A program made the translations under genes and the position numbers. From Longimicrobiales bacterium (GTDB lineage Bacteria; Gemmatimonadota; Gemmatimonadetes; Longimicrobiales; Gaopeijiaceae): DNA of 64,000 nt. The first letter of the stretch is position 1, and every line of letters starts with the position of its first letter. The stretch covers positions 128,001-192,000 of the forward strand of contig JAWLHJ010000003.1 of NCBI GenBank assembly GCA_041690395.1. Direction: 5' to 3'. The notes below the pieces were generated by a model. It did not search any database and was not told the origin of the DNA. It worked only from the letters and a program-made list of their open reading frames with translations. This document shows positions 38,857 through 48,747 of this stretch, one piece after another.

Positions 38857-41271
38857 CTACTCGCCACCCGTGCGGATCAACACGACACCATTGGCGTGAT
38901 CCGTGAGTGCACCCGCGGTCCCGAATCTGAACGTCGCCTCCTGAGGCGAGACGAACTCCACCGACCTGAGCTCCGAGAGCGGGAAAGCGTCCAGGAGCCG
39001 GGCCGCTTCCTCCGTCGAAAGCCAAGCGCCGTCGAGCACCACTTGCGCGCAGCGGGCCCCGCCGCCGATGCCGCGACCCATCGCGCGGGAGTAGACGATG
39101 CAGGACCCGATGTACTGCGTGCCCGTGGCGAGCGTGCTCAGGTAGATCAGGCCCGGGGCGGCCGCCTGCAGAAGCTGGCCCAGGTCGGTGACCGCCCGCT
39201 CGGTGATGGCTGCATCGATGTCGGTTCGGGACAGCGCGAACGTGCCACTGGACCCGCTACGTCGATTGGCCGACGCCTCCGGGGACCGTACCTCGACCAC
39301 GACCGGCTCCAACTCGTACCTGGGCCGGGCCATCGGAACCGTCACTACCGTGACCGCGGAATCCGCGACCTGCACCGTCTCGGCCCGCGGGGCGAAGCCC
39401 GCATGCTCGACTTCGACCGGCACGGCACCGAACGCAACCGTCGGAAAGACGGCCCGGCCCTCCGCGTCGCTCGTCGCGGATCGCTCGACCGCCGGGAGCA
39501 CGACCCGCGCTCCCGGTAGCGGCCCGTCGGAGGTCACCACGCGTATGATGAGGGCCTGTGCGGTCGGGACCGGCCGCAACGGAAGCGTGATCCGCTCCAC
39601 CGTCTCCCCGGCTCGCACCGCAATCGTGTCGCTGACGAAGCCTCGCGAAGCCGCGCTCAGGTGATACGACTGGTCTTCCTCCAGACCGCACAGGAAGAAA
39701 CGACCGTCCGGGCGCGCCGGAACGGAAGCCGACCGATCGCTCTGCTCGAACGTCGCATCTACTCCCGGACTCAGCCACCGGATCCCTTCCCACTCGACCG
39801 TCAGGCGCGTGTCTTGCCGAGGATCGCCGTCGGGCCAGCTCACTGCTCCGACCAACACGGACTCGCCTTCTTCGGAGAAGGGCTCGGAGCAGAGGTCCCC
39901 GATGGCGCGCGCGGGGGAAGGAATACGCAGTACGGCTTCGGTTACGCGTTCCTCCTCGACCCGGACGGTCCGTGTCGGTGGCGGGGCACCGATCGTCTCC
40001 AGCGACGGAGTCGTGACCGTGACCTCGTAGTGGCCCGCGGGCACCTCGTCGAGAACGAACGATCCATCCGCCCCGCTTTCGGTCTCGATGAGCCCTCCCC
40101 GCAGCGCTACCCGAGCACCCCCCACCGGGACGTCGCCCGGCTCCTCGACGACCCGCCCCTGGACGGTGCCCAACCCGACCACCACGAAACGCTCTTCGTC
40201 CGTTCTGACCTCACGGACGACTCCGCCCTCCTCGATGATGGCATTCAGCCCGTACCGGACCTCGGGCTCCCCGGCACGGCTGAACCGAAACCGGCGCTCC
40301 TCCACCACGGGCATGCGCAGCCACCATCGACTCACGATCCAGGGCCCCTCCGGGAGCTGGGCGAACTCCACGCGCCCGCCGATCGCTCCGGCCCCCTCGA
40401 GATCCCAGGGAAGTCGGGTGAAATCGAAATCCAGGCGCTCGGGGGCGAAGGTCTCACGGTCGAACCAGAGGGTCCCCACGATGTCGCGTCCGGCCACGTC
40501 GTGTGGCCGAAACCGCAGTCCCGCCCAGCCAGGCTCGGGTCCGTCGTCCGTGAACCCGAAACAATGGGTGCTCTGGAACGTGCGTGACATCAGCACCGAT
40601 GCGTCGGGAGCGTAGTACCGAAGCTCGGCCTCTCCGCGCTCCCCCTGGACGTAGCCCTCCTCGGCGAGGCGCTCCGCCGGAAGCGAAGCGAACGGGCTCC
40701 CGGCATGGAAGCCGCTGCGCGGCCGTCGGCGCTCGTCCCGCACGCGCAGCGTCGCCGGATCGAGCGTGCGCGTCCACCGGTCGATGGAGAACTGGAAGAG
40801 CCCGGCCTCCTCCACCAGCACCGTGACCCTCAGCGCCTTGCGTAGCTCTTCCCAGACGGCCGCGACCCTCGAGGCGACGTCCGGCGACACCGCGCACTCT
40901 CGACCCGATTCGACCCTGAGGCCTTCGAGCTCGAGGGCGCGGGGTTGGAGGCGCAGTTCCAGCAACTCCGACGCGCCGGGCGTCAGCACGACGTCACGCA
41001 CGATCGACTCGTGGCCGATGTACTCGGCGCGGACGGTGTAGGAGCCGAACGAGGAAGCCGTCAGGATGAACCATCCGGACGGATCGGTGAGGGTGCTGGC
41101 GATCGCCGAGCCACCCGAGTCCTCGAGGCTGACGTAAGCTGCCGCCAGTGGACGTGTTCCGTCGCCGAGGAGGCGCCCCCTCACTTCCTGTGCGGGCGCA
41201 ACGGTAGCAGACCAGAGACCCGCGAGGGCGAGGGTCGCGGTCAGGATGCTCGTTCTCAGAAAGCAGGTCAT
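38857..41271 (-). CDS. Secreted multi-carboxypeptidase-regulatory-domain protein with C-terminal TonB plug-like region; paralog of 37066-38844
   Basis: Signal peptide, TDPSGWF..YIGH, YYAPDA, HCF, WWLRMP; C-terminal VVLDG..SVEFVSP..GVVLIRT. Confidence 0.72.
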   Translation of the reverse strand: MTCFLRTSILTATLALAGLWSATVAPAQEVRGRLLGDGTRPLAAAYVSLEDSGGSAIASTLTDPSGWFILTASSFGSYTVRAEYIGHESIVRDVVLTPGASELLELRLQPRALELEGLRVESGRECAVSPDVASRVAAVWEELRKALRVTVLVEEAGLFQFSIDRWTRTLDPATLRVRDERRRPRSGFHAGSPFASLPAERLAEEGYVQGERGEAELRYYAPDASVLMSRTFQSTHCFGFTDDGPEPGWAGLRFRPHDVAGRDIVGTLWFDRETFAPERLDFDFTRLPWDLEGAGAIGGRVEFAQLPEGPWIVSRWWLRMPVVEERRFRFSRAGEPEVRYGLNAIIEEGGVVREVRTDEERFVVVGLGTVQGRVVEEPGDVPVGGARVALRGGLIETESGADGSFVLDEVPAGHYEVTVTTPSLETIGAPPPTRTVRVEEERVTEAVLRIPSPARAIGDLCSEPFSEEGESVLVGAVSWPDGDPRQDTRLTVEWEGIRWLSPGVDATFEQSDRSASVPARPDGRFFLCGLEEDQSYHLSAASRGFVSDTIAVRAGETVERITLPLRPVPTAQALIIRVVTSDGPLPGARVVLPAVERSATSDAEGRAVFPTVAFGAVPVEVEHAGFAPRAETVQVADSAVTVVTVPMARPRYELEPVVVEVRSPEASANRRSGSSGTFALSRTDIDAAITERAVTDLGQLLQAAAPGLIYLSTLATGTQYIGSCIVYSRAMGRGIGGGARCAQVVLDGAWLSTEEAARLLDAFPLSELRSVEFVSPQEATFRFGTAGALTDHANGVVLIRTGGE

Positions 41272-41355
41272 GGTCACCGCTCCTTCAGCTTCCTGAAGCT
41301 GCGGGCCGCGCAGACCCTCGCGCAACCTGCGTGCAGAAGGTCGGCCGGCCTCCCG

Positions 41356-41856
41356 CTACTCCCCCGTCCGCCCCACCTCGTGCCCGCTCGTCTCCACGTC
41401 TGCCCTGCGCCCGGCCAGATACCCCACGCAGTACGCCCGCAGCGTCGCTTCGAAGCGGCTCATGTCGGGCGACGCGTGCAGGCCCGCCTCACCACGGCGG
41501 CGCAGCGCCTCGGCCAGCTTCATCACCGAGGTGGTGAGCGCCACCACGTGCGGATCACCGCCGGCCGCGAGCTCCTCGGGGGTGAGGTGCTCATCGTCGC
41601 CGATCCCGGTCGCGGTCCCCTGCTCCCCGTCGCCGTCCCGATCGGGGAACGGATCGTCCGGGGAAATGAACGAGAAATCTTCCGCCGACACTTCGTCCGG
41701 ATAGAAGAAGGCCTCGTGGCGCGACGCATCGCCCTGGTCCCCGGCCCCACCCTCGGCCCGGCCGGAGTCGGAGCTCGCGGACGAATGCCGACGTTTCCCG
41801 GGAGGAAACGCCGGTGGCGGCAGGCGGGTCGACTTGCGGTCCTGGTCCTCGGTCAT
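41356..41856 (-). CDS. Hypothetical protein
   Basis: GGGAG RBS, continues the minus-strand operon, acidic disordered middle, helical C-terminus. Confidence 0.6.
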   Translation of the reverse strand: MTEDQDRKSTRLPPPAFPPGKRRHSSASSDSGRAEGGAGDQGDASRHEAFFYPDEVSAEDFSFISPDDPFPDRDGDGEQGTATGIGDDEHLTPEELAAGGDPHVVALTTSVMKLAEALRRRGEAGLHASPDMSRFEATLRAYCVGYLAGRRADVETSGHEVGRTGE

Positions 41857-41908
41857 CTCGGCTCCCTGGGCTGGTCGCGTCCAACACGCAATATATGGCG
41901 CGGCGTGC

Positions 41909-42514
41909 TCACAGGACGAACTCGATGAGCAAGAAGCCGGCCACCACGAGAATGCCGAACGCCCATGCGAGCGCGTTGAAATACCGGTCGATGAAGCGCG
42001 CGATGGGCGGGCCGAACCGGTAGATCAGCGCGGCGAGCACGAAGAAGCGCAGGCCGCGGCTCAGCACCGACGCGACGACGAACACGAAGAAGTTGACCGA
42101 GAACACGCCTGCCGAGAGCGTGAACACCTTGTAAGGGATCGGTGTCAGGCCGGCGAGGAAGATGGCCCAGAAGTCGAAGCGGTCGTAGAGACCCTGAACC
42201 CGCAGGAACGCCTCCGGTGTCACCCCCGGGACGTACGCGAAGAACCAGCCCTCGGCGATGTGCCAGAAGCCGGCCCCCAGCGCATATCCGATGATCCCGC
42301 CGATGACCGACGCGAATGTGGCCACCGCCGCGAACCGGAACGACATGCCCGCGGCCCCGAGGCAGAGCGCGATCAGCAGCGGATCCGGAGGGATCGGGAA
42401 GAACGATGACTCCGCGAGCGCGAGCAGGAAGAGGGCGGTCGGCCCGTAGGGCGTCTGCGCCCAGTGCAGCACCCAGTCGTAGAGGCGCCGCACCACGTTC
42501 GGCTTGGTGTTCAC
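41909..42514 (-). CDS. YqaA/DedA (VTT domain) membrane protein
   Basis: ESSFFPIPPD, LTPIPYKVFT, SRGLRFF. Confidence 0.9.
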   Translation of the reverse strand: MNTKPNVVRRLYDWVLHWAQTPYGPTALFLLALAESSFFPIPPDPLLIALCLGAAGMSFRFAAVATFASVIGGIIGYALGAGFWHIAEGWFFAYVPGVTPEAFLRVQGLYDRFDFWAIFLAGLTPIPYKVFTLSAGVFSVNFFVFVVASVLSRGLRFFVLAALIYRFGPPIARFIDRYFNALAWAFGILVVAGFLLIEFVL

Positions 42515-43188
42515 TCGGCTCCCTCACCCTTCCACGCGAACCGTCCGAGGAGCGGGACGAACGAGCAGTCTCCACGCACGATCTCTTCGCTCACCTCGCC
42601 CCCTTCCCTCTTCACCATCACGAGATCCTGCGAATCACGCGAGCCCACCGGAACGAGCATCCGACCTCCGTCTGCGAGCTGGTCCACCAGGGTCGAAGGG
42701 ACCGAGGGCGCCGAGGCCGACACCACGATCACGTCGAACGGTTGGTACTTCCGCCACCCGATCGTGCCGTCGCCCACCAGGAGCGCGACGTTCTTCAGGT
42801 GCATGTCGTCGAGCGCCTTGCGCGCGCGCCGCGACAGGTCACGTACCCGTTCGACCGAGTAGACCCGGTCGGCCGAGAGGGCGAGCAGCGCCGTAAGATA
42901 TCCGCTCCCCGTCCCGATCTCGAGGACCTTGTCGTCCCGGGTCGGGCGTACGAGCGACAGGTAGTACGCCTGCAGCGAGGGCTGGGACGCGGTCTGTCCG
43001 AACCCGATGGGAATCGGCGCGTCCTCGTACGCCCGCGGCCAGACTCCTTCCGGGAGGAAGAGGTGCCGGGGCACGCGGTCGAAGATCTCGAGGATCTCGA
43101 GGTCGTCGATGCCCCGCTCCCGGATCTCCTCGATCAGCTTGCGCCGATACCCGACGAATCGGGTGTCGTCTAGAGACTCATGTCCCAA
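42511..43188 (-). CDS. pcm: Protein-L-isoaspartate O-methyltransferase
   Basis: VPRHLF, IGFGQTASQP, VLEIGTGSGY, GDGTIGW, FVPL; TTG start 7 nt after GAGGAGG. Confidence 0.93.
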   Translation of the reverse strand: MGHESLDDTRFVGYRRKLIEEIRERGIDDLEILEIFDRVPRHLFLPEGVWPRAYEDAPIPIGFGQTASQPSLQAYYLSLVRPTRDDKVLEIGTGSGYLTALLALSADRVYSVERVRDLSRRARKALDDMHLKNVALLVGDGTIGWRKYQPFDVIVVSASAPSVPSTLVDQLADGGRMLVPVGSRDSQDLVMVKREGGEVSEEIVRGDCSFVPLLGRFAWKGEGAE

Positions 43189-43919
43189 GAACGGACCTCC
43201 TCGAGGAGCTTGTAGTTCGTCAGATCGAGGTGGAGCGGCGTGACCGACACGTATCCGTCCTCGACGGCCTGGAAGTCGGAGTCGCTCGAGCCGCGCCACT
43301 TCGCCACGCCGCCGCCGATCCAGAAGTACTCCTTGCCCTGCGGGTCCAGGGCGCGCGTGATGCTCTCCGAGTACCGGCGCCTCCCCAGGGATGTCACGCG
43401 GATCCCCTTCACGTCACCGGGCGCCCCGGACGGCAGGTTCACGTTGAACAGCGTGTCGTCCGGAAAGCTCCGCTTCCCGAGGATGTTCGACAGGATCACC
43501 GAGACGACGTCCTGCCACCCTTCGAGCTCCTCGTACTTGTCACCGGTGTACGAGATGGCGACCGAGGGAATGCCGATCACGGTCGCCTCCATGGCCGCCG
43601 CGACCGTCCCGGAGTAGAGCACGTCCTCGCCCATGTTCGGGCCGTGGTTGATGCCCGAGACGCAGAGGTCGGGCTTCCCGTCCAGGAGCTCGCTGACGGC
43701 GAGGATGACGCAGTCGGTCGGTGTCCCGTCGACGAACCATGCCCCGTCGGAGCTGCGCCGCGCGCGTAGGGGATGGTGGAGCGTGAGCGAGTGGCTGGTC
43801 GCGCTCTGCTCCCGGTCCGGGGCCACCACCGTCACCGATCCCAGCGAGCTGGCAGCCGAAGCCAACACGCGAATCCCGGTCGCGAGGTACCCGTCGTCGT
43901 TCGTACAGAGAATGTTCAT
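43170..43919 (-). CDS. surE: 5'/3'-nucleotidase SurE
   Basis: TNDDG, VAPDREQS, GTPTDCV, SGINHGPN, YSGTVAAA, VSVTPL. Confidence 0.96.
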   Translation of the reverse strand: MNILCTNDDGYLATGIRVLASAASSLGSVTVVAPDREQSATSHSLTLHHPLRARRSSDGAWFVDGTPTDCVILAVSELLDGKPDLCVSGINHGPNMGEDVLYSGTVAAAMEATVIGIPSVAISYTGDKYEELEGWQDVVSVILSNILGKRSFPDDTLFNVNLPSGAPGDVKGIRVTSLGRRRYSESITRALDPQGKEYFWIGGGVAKWRGSSDSDFQAVEDGYVSVTPLHLDLTNYKLLEEVRSWDMSL

Positions 43920-43955
43920 GGCCTCGGGGTACCGGGAGGGCTCGGGCGGGTTCCG

Positions 43956-44330
43956 TCAGTCACGCTCGAGAGGCGTGCCGGGAGTCAGGACCTTGCGCAG
44001 CGTCTCCAGCTCGTCCTTGATGCCCGCGAGGAACTCCGGCGACACGAGCTCCTGACGCTCTTCCTTCAACGACCCCTCGGCACGAAGGTCGGTGAGGCGC
44101 TGCTTCGCGCCCTCGATCGTGTATTTCTCTTCGTAGAGGAGATGCTTCACCAGCAGGACGAGCTCGATCTCCTTCGCGCGATACACGCGGTTCCCGGCCC
44201 GATTCTTGGTCGGGTTCAGGACGTCGAACTGGGTCTCCCAGTAGCGGAGCACGTGCGGCTTCAGGTTGGTCAGGTCGCACACCTCGCCGATCGAGTAGTA
44301 GACCTTCTTCGCGATGGGCTCGTGGCTCAT
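43956..44330 (-). CDS. MerR family HTH regulator
   Basis: YYSIGEV..HVLRYWE..GNRVY..YTIEGAK. Confidence 0.9.
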   Translation of the reverse strand: MSHEPIAKKVYYSIGEVCDLTNLKPHVLRYWETQFDVLNPTKNRAGNRVYRAKEIELVLLVKHLLYEEKYTIEGAKQRLTDLRAEGSLKEERQELVSPEFLAGIKDELETLRKVLTPGTPLERD

Positions 44331-45343
44331 GACCAGTCCTCCGGTTTGGGGTCGCGCTCCATCAGCGAAGCGAGCGCCTCAGCGGGGTCCCGTCCCCGGT
44401 GCACGATGGCGTACACCTCCTCGGTGATGGGCATCTCCACGTCGTGCTGCGCGGCCAGCGCCCGGACCGCTTCCGAGTTCCGCACGCCTTCCGCCACGGA
44501 GCTCATGTCGGCGAGAATGTCGTCGAGGGCTTCGCCCTGCCCCAGTCGATATCCGACGGTGCGGTTCCGGCTCAGCGAGCCCGTACACGTCAGGACGAGA
44601 TCGCCCATCCCGGCGAGGCCGTAGAACGTCTCGCGCCGGGCCCCGAGCGCGACTCCGAGACGCGTGATCTCCGCCAAGCCCCGGGTGATGAGGGCCGCCG
44701 TGGTATTGTGCCCGAAGCCGAGTCCGGCGGCCACCCCGGACGCGAGGGCGATCACGTTCTTCACGGCGCCGGCGAGCTCGACGCCCGTGACGTCGGTGTT
44801 CGTGTACACCCGGAAGTACCGCGTCTGGAAGACGTCCCGCACCGCGGTCGCCACCTCGACCGACCGACCGGCGACCACGACGGCTGTGGGCATCTCGGCG
44901 GCGACCTCGTCGGCGAAGCTGGGTCCGGACAGCACGGCGAACCGCTCCATCAGCCGTCCGGGCAGGACGTCGGTCAGCACCTCGTCCATCCGCTTCAGCG
45001 ACCCGAGCTCGATTCCTTTGGAGGCGCTGACGATGAGCGCGTCCTGCGGGATCGTGGGGCCCGCGCGCTCCATGACCTCCCGCACGAACTGCGATGGGGT
45101 GACGGAGAGCACGAGCTCGGCCTCACGCACCGCCGCGGGAAGATCCGCGACCACTCTCAGCCCGCTCGGGATGTCGACGCCGGGGAGATAGGAGCTCCGG
45201 CCCTCCCGCGCCACCCGGGCGGCGACGTCGGCGTCATGGGACCACAGGGTCACCTCGTGTCCCTTGCGTGCCAGGAGGACGCCGAGCGCCGTTCCCCAGG
45301 CCCCGGCGCCGACCACACCGACCCTGGCACCCCCGCCGATCAC
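44327..45343 (-). CDS. gpsA: NAD(P)H-dependent glycerol-3-phosphate dehydrogenase
   Basis: GAGAWGTAL, SKGIE, LSGPSFA, KNVIA, GMGDLVLTC, SRNR. Confidence 0.95.
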   Translation of the reverse strand: MIGGGARVGVVGAGAWGTALGVLLARKGHEVTLWSHDADVAARVAREGRSSYLPGVDIPSGLRVVADLPAAVREAELVLSVTPSQFVREVMERAGPTIPQDALIVSASKGIELGSLKRMDEVLTDVLPGRLMERFAVLSGPSFADEVAAEMPTAVVVAGRSVEVATAVRDVFQTRYFRVYTNTDVTGVELAGAVKNVIALASGVAAGLGFGHNTTAALITRGLAEITRLGVALGARRETFYGLAGMGDLVLTCTGSLSRNRTVGYRLGQGEALDDILADMSSVAEGVRNSEAVRALAAQHDVEMPITEEVYAIVHRGRDPAEALASLMERDPKPEDWS

Positions 45344-45954
45344 GATGCCCCCGCGCTGCCGGACCGTCGTCCGAAGCGGTTCTCCTCGCCGCGCGCCAGA
45401 CGGCCGATGTTGGCGCGGTGCGCCCAGACCACGAAAGCGGCCAGCGTGAACGCGAAGACGGTGAGCGCCGACCCGCCGCGGTGCGGCGTGAGCAGCACGA
45501 GCACGGGGAGCACGACGGCGGCCCCGATGGAGCCCAGGGAGACGTATCCCGATCCGAAGGTCAGCGCCGTCCATACAAGGAACGCTCCAAGTACCGCCCA
45601 CGGCGCGAGCGCGAGGAAGACCCCGGCGCTCGTCGCCACCCCCTTCCCTCCTCTGAAGCCGACCCAGAAGCTGAAGATGTGCCCCGCGATCGCGGCGGCC
45701 CCGAAGGCCAGCGTCCAGAGCAGGCTGGCGTCCAACACCGCCGCGAAGACGCCGACTGGAATCCATCCCTTCACCACGTCGACGAGCACGACCGGGACGG
45801 CAGCCTTCCAGCCCAGCACGCGGTAGACGTTGGTGGCCCCCAGATTTCCCGATCCCTTCTCCCGTAGATCCACGCCGTAGACCCCCCGCCCGATCCAGAA
45901 GCTGGTCGGGGTGGCGCCGACGACGTAGGAGAGGGCCAGGAAGAGGAAGGTCAC
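45340..45954 (-). CDS. plsY: Glycerol-3-phosphate acyltransferase
   Basis: GSGNLGATN, GHIFS..FRGGKGVAT, HRANI. Confidence 0.95.
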   Translation of the reverse strand: MTFLFLALSYVVGATPTSFWIGRGVYGVDLREKGSGNLGATNVYRVLGWKAAVPVVLVDVVKGWIPVGVFAAVLDASLLWTLAFGAAAIAGHIFSFWVGFRGGKGVATSAGVFLALAPWAVLGAFLVWTALTFGSGYVSLGSIGAAVVLPVLVLLTPHRGGSALTVFAFTLAAFVVWAHRANIGRLARGEENRFGRRSGSAGAS

Positions 45955-47282
45955 GAAGGTTCCTTGCTGCTGCGCATCTTCAGGCGGATGGGCGTGCCCA
46001 TGAACGACCAGGCGTCCCGGAAGCCGTTGTGCAGATAGCGAACGTAGTGGGCCGGGATCGACTTCGGAAAGTTCGAGAAGAGCGCAAACGTCGGCGGCTT
46101 CACGTCGACCTGGGTCCCGTACTTGATCTTCACCGCGCGGCCCCGATGATGCGGTGGCGGCTGCCGTCCCACCAGGCGCTCGAGCACCTCGTTGACCTCG
46201 TGCGTCTCGATGCGCCGGAACCGCTCTTCCTGGACCTCGAGGATGAGGTCCAGGCACTTCCGCACCCGCTGCCCCGTGAGCGCCGAGATGAAGACGATGG
46301 GCACCCAGTTCAGGAACGGTACGCGAGCCCTCGCCGCGCGGGTCCACTCCACCGCCGTCTGGGTCTCCTTCTCCACCAGATCCCACTTGTTGGCGAGCAC
46401 GATGACCGCCTTGCCCGCATCCCACGCCGTCTGGATGATCCGGATGTCCTGGGCGTGGATCTCCTCCTCGCTCGCGTCCACCAGCACGACACAGACGTCC
46501 GAGTCGAGCACCACGCGCTCGGTACGGAGCGCGCTGTAGTACTCCAGGCTGTCGCTGATGCGCGCCTGTCGCCGGAGCCCCGCGGTGTCGACCAGGACGA
46601 GCGAGCGGCCGTGATACTGGAGCAGCGTGTCGACCGGATCGCGGGTCGTGCCCGCCACCTCGGACACGACCACGCGGTCCTGTTGCAGCAGTCGGTTGAC
46701 GAAGCTCGACTTCCCGACGTTCGGCTTGCCGACCACCGCCACGCGGATCTCGTCGGGCGACTCCGACCGCTCCGGCGCACCCGGGAGGGCCTCGAGAAGT
46801 CGGTCGAGCAGATCACCGGAACCCTTTCCTGAAATGGCGCTTACGGGAAGTGGCTCACCGATGCCCAGAGTCCAGAAGTCCAGGTACCGGTTATCGTGCG
46901 GCAGGTTGTCGACCTTGTTCACGGCGAGCACGACCGGCTTGTCGGCCTTGCGGAGCACCGCGGCGAGTCGCTCGTCGAGCGCCGAGATCCCTTCCTTCCC
47001 GTCGACCAGGAACAGGATGGCGTCGGCCTCCTCGATCGCCGCCATCGCCTGACCGCGGATGGCCCGGTCCATCTCGTCGTCACTTCCCTCGACCACACCC
47101 CCGGTGTCGACGACGAAGAAGTGGCGTCCGGCCCAATCCGCGCGCGCGAAGTTGCGGTCGCGAGTCACGCCCGGGCGGTCGTCCACGATGGCCTGGCGGC
47201 GACCGAGGACCCGATTGAAGAAGGTCGATTTCCCGACATTCGGGCGGCCGACGACCGCCACCACCGGCAAGCGCGCGCTCAC
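45951..47282 (-). CDS. der: Ribosome biogenesis GTPase Der (EngA)
   Basis: Two G domains (GRPNVGKS, GKPNVGKS), GTPIRL. Confidence 0.97.
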   Translation of the reverse strand: MSARLPVVAVVGRPNVGKSTFFNRVLGRRQAIVDDRPGVTRDRNFARADWAGRHFFVVDTGGVVEGSDDEMDRAIRGQAMAAIEEADAILFLVDGKEGISALDERLAAVLRKADKPVVLAVNKVDNLPHDNRYLDFWTLGIGEPLPVSAISGKGSGDLLDRLLEALPGAPERSESPDEIRVAVVGKPNVGKSSFVNRLLQQDRVVVSEVAGTTRDPVDTLLQYHGRSLVLVDTAGLRRQARISDSLEYYSALRTERVVLDSDVCVVLVDASEEEIHAQDIRIIQTAWDAGKAVIVLANKWDLVEKETQTAVEWTRAARARVPFLNWVPIVFISALTGQRVRKCLDLILEVQEERFRRIETHEVNEVLERLVGRQPPPHHRGRAVKIKYGTQVDVKPPTFALFSNFPKSIPAHYVRYLHNGFRDAWSFMGTPIRLKMRSSKEPS

Positions 47283-48550
47283 GCGTGTGCCAGCGCGTCG
47301 ATCAGATCATGCCCGGTCCGGATCTCTGCCCCGCCGAGGGCCGCGCGGAAATCCTTCATGGTCAGGTCGTCGATGAAGGCGTCGTCCTGATTCAGGGCTT
47401 CCGCCGGCAGGACCACGACGTCGTTCGGAGACGAGGGTCCGAGGGCGGCCAGGATGTCACGCCCACCGAGGAGCCCGGCGATGGTCACCGTTTCCCCGAA
47501 ATAGTCGTTCCGGACCGTGACGACCTCGACGTCCGCCCCCGTGATCCGCCCGAGTCGGGGCGCGCGCTCGGTCAGGAACGGGGTCATGGAGCGCCCCGTC
47601 ACCAGGCGGATCCGGCTTCCATCCATGCGAGGAATCCGGTCGGCCTCGTCGTCGAACAGGTCGATGAACCTGCGGACCGCCCCCACGCCGTTCTCGTAGA
47701 GCGCGCCGTCGTCGTAGTACACGGTCCCCGGCAGCTCGCGCCCGGCGATCAGGTACATCTCGTCGGCCGCGTAGCACCACCCCTCGGAGCGGTCGGCGAG
47801 CGCCCGTTGGCGGGCACGGTCGACCTGGTCGATCGCGCGCCCGGCCTCGTCCTCCATGAGCAAGCGCACCGGACGCCCGAGGTTGTACTTCGTGAGCCCC
47901 ACGGGCACGACCGAGAGCGACCGGATGGCCGGCCCGAGCGCCCAGAGATCCTCGATGGTGCGATCGAGCGCGTCGCCGTCGTTCCACTCGGGGCACAGGA
48001 CGATCTGGGTGTGCACGTCGAGCCCGCCGTCGATCAGGAACCGGAGCTGGTCCATGATGAGACCGGCCCGCTCGTTCACCAGCAGCTTCACCCGAAGCTC
48101 GGGATCGGTGGTGTGCACGCTGACGTACAGCGGGGAGAGCCGCTGATCGACCAGGCGCTGGAGTCCCTTGGGCCCGAGGTTGGTCAGCGTCACGTAGCTG
48201 CCGTAGGTGAACGACAGCCGGAAGTCGTCGTCCCTCAGCCAGAGCGTCTGACGCGCGCCCTCCGGATTCCCGTCGATGAAGCAGAATACGCACTTGTTGG
48301 CGCATTCCCGGATCGTGTCGGGAGCCGGCTGGATACCTACGGGGGTGCCCGGGTCGCGCTCGATCTCGTAGACGACGGTCTCGCCCCCGGGGCTCAGCGT
48401 CTCGAGCTCGAGCTCGGTGTCGGCGAGAAGAAACGTCAGATCGATACCGTCGCGCACGCGGGAGCCGTTGATCCGGACCACACGGGTCCCGATCTCGAGG
48501 CTGAGCTCCTCGGCGATGCTGCCCGACTCGATCTCGGCAATACGAACCAC
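47279..48550 (-). CDS. DUF512 putative radical-SAM-like protein with N-terminal PDZ
   Basis: CANKCVFCF (CxxxCxxC), DDDFRLSF, VVPVGLT, ENGVG. Confidence 0.88.
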   Translation of the reverse strand: MVRIAEIESGSIAEELSLEIGTRVVRINGSRVRDGIDLTFLLADTELELETLSPGGETVVYEIERDPGTPVGIQPAPDTIRECANKCVFCFIDGNPEGARQTLWLRDDDFRLSFTYGSYVTLTNLGPKGLQRLVDQRLSPLYVSVHTTDPELRVKLLVNERAGLIMDQLRFLIDGGLDVHTQIVLCPEWNDGDALDRTIEDLWALGPAIRSLSVVPVGLTKYNLGRPVRLLMEDEAGRAIDQVDRARQRALADRSEGWCYAADEMYLIAGRELPGTVYYDDGALYENGVGAVRRFIDLFDDEADRIPRMDGSRIRLVTGRSMTPFLTERAPRLGRITGADVEVVTVRNDYFGETVTIAGLLGGRDILAALGPSSPNDVVVLPAEALNQDDAFIDDLTMKDFRAALGGAEIRTGHDLIDALAHA

Positions 48551-48589
48551 TTGGGGTGCCTGGGCCTGCGGGGGATGGAGAGACCAGGA

Positions 48590-48618
48590 AAGTTAACGGC
48601 CGCCACCCCAGCCTTCAA
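48590..48618 (-). promoter_or_regulatory. Candidate sigma70 promoter of the DUF512-der operon
   Basis: TTGAAG-N17-TAACTT on the minus strand. Confidence 0.55.
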
Positions 48619-48747
48619 TTCACCGGCGGGTCTGGCTTCCATTGACCCCGGCCTCCTGTGGAGCGCAGCTTTCCAGTCGGGAACCTTTTCGCCGAAGCCG
48701 ACTTGTAGAGGCGTATCGCCGTCACCTCCGGAAGGCTGGAACATCTC

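Noticed and set aside
42511..43299. Long N-terminal extension or CTA start for pcm
   Set aside because: A TTG at 43188 with GAGGAGG 7 nt upstream explains the start.
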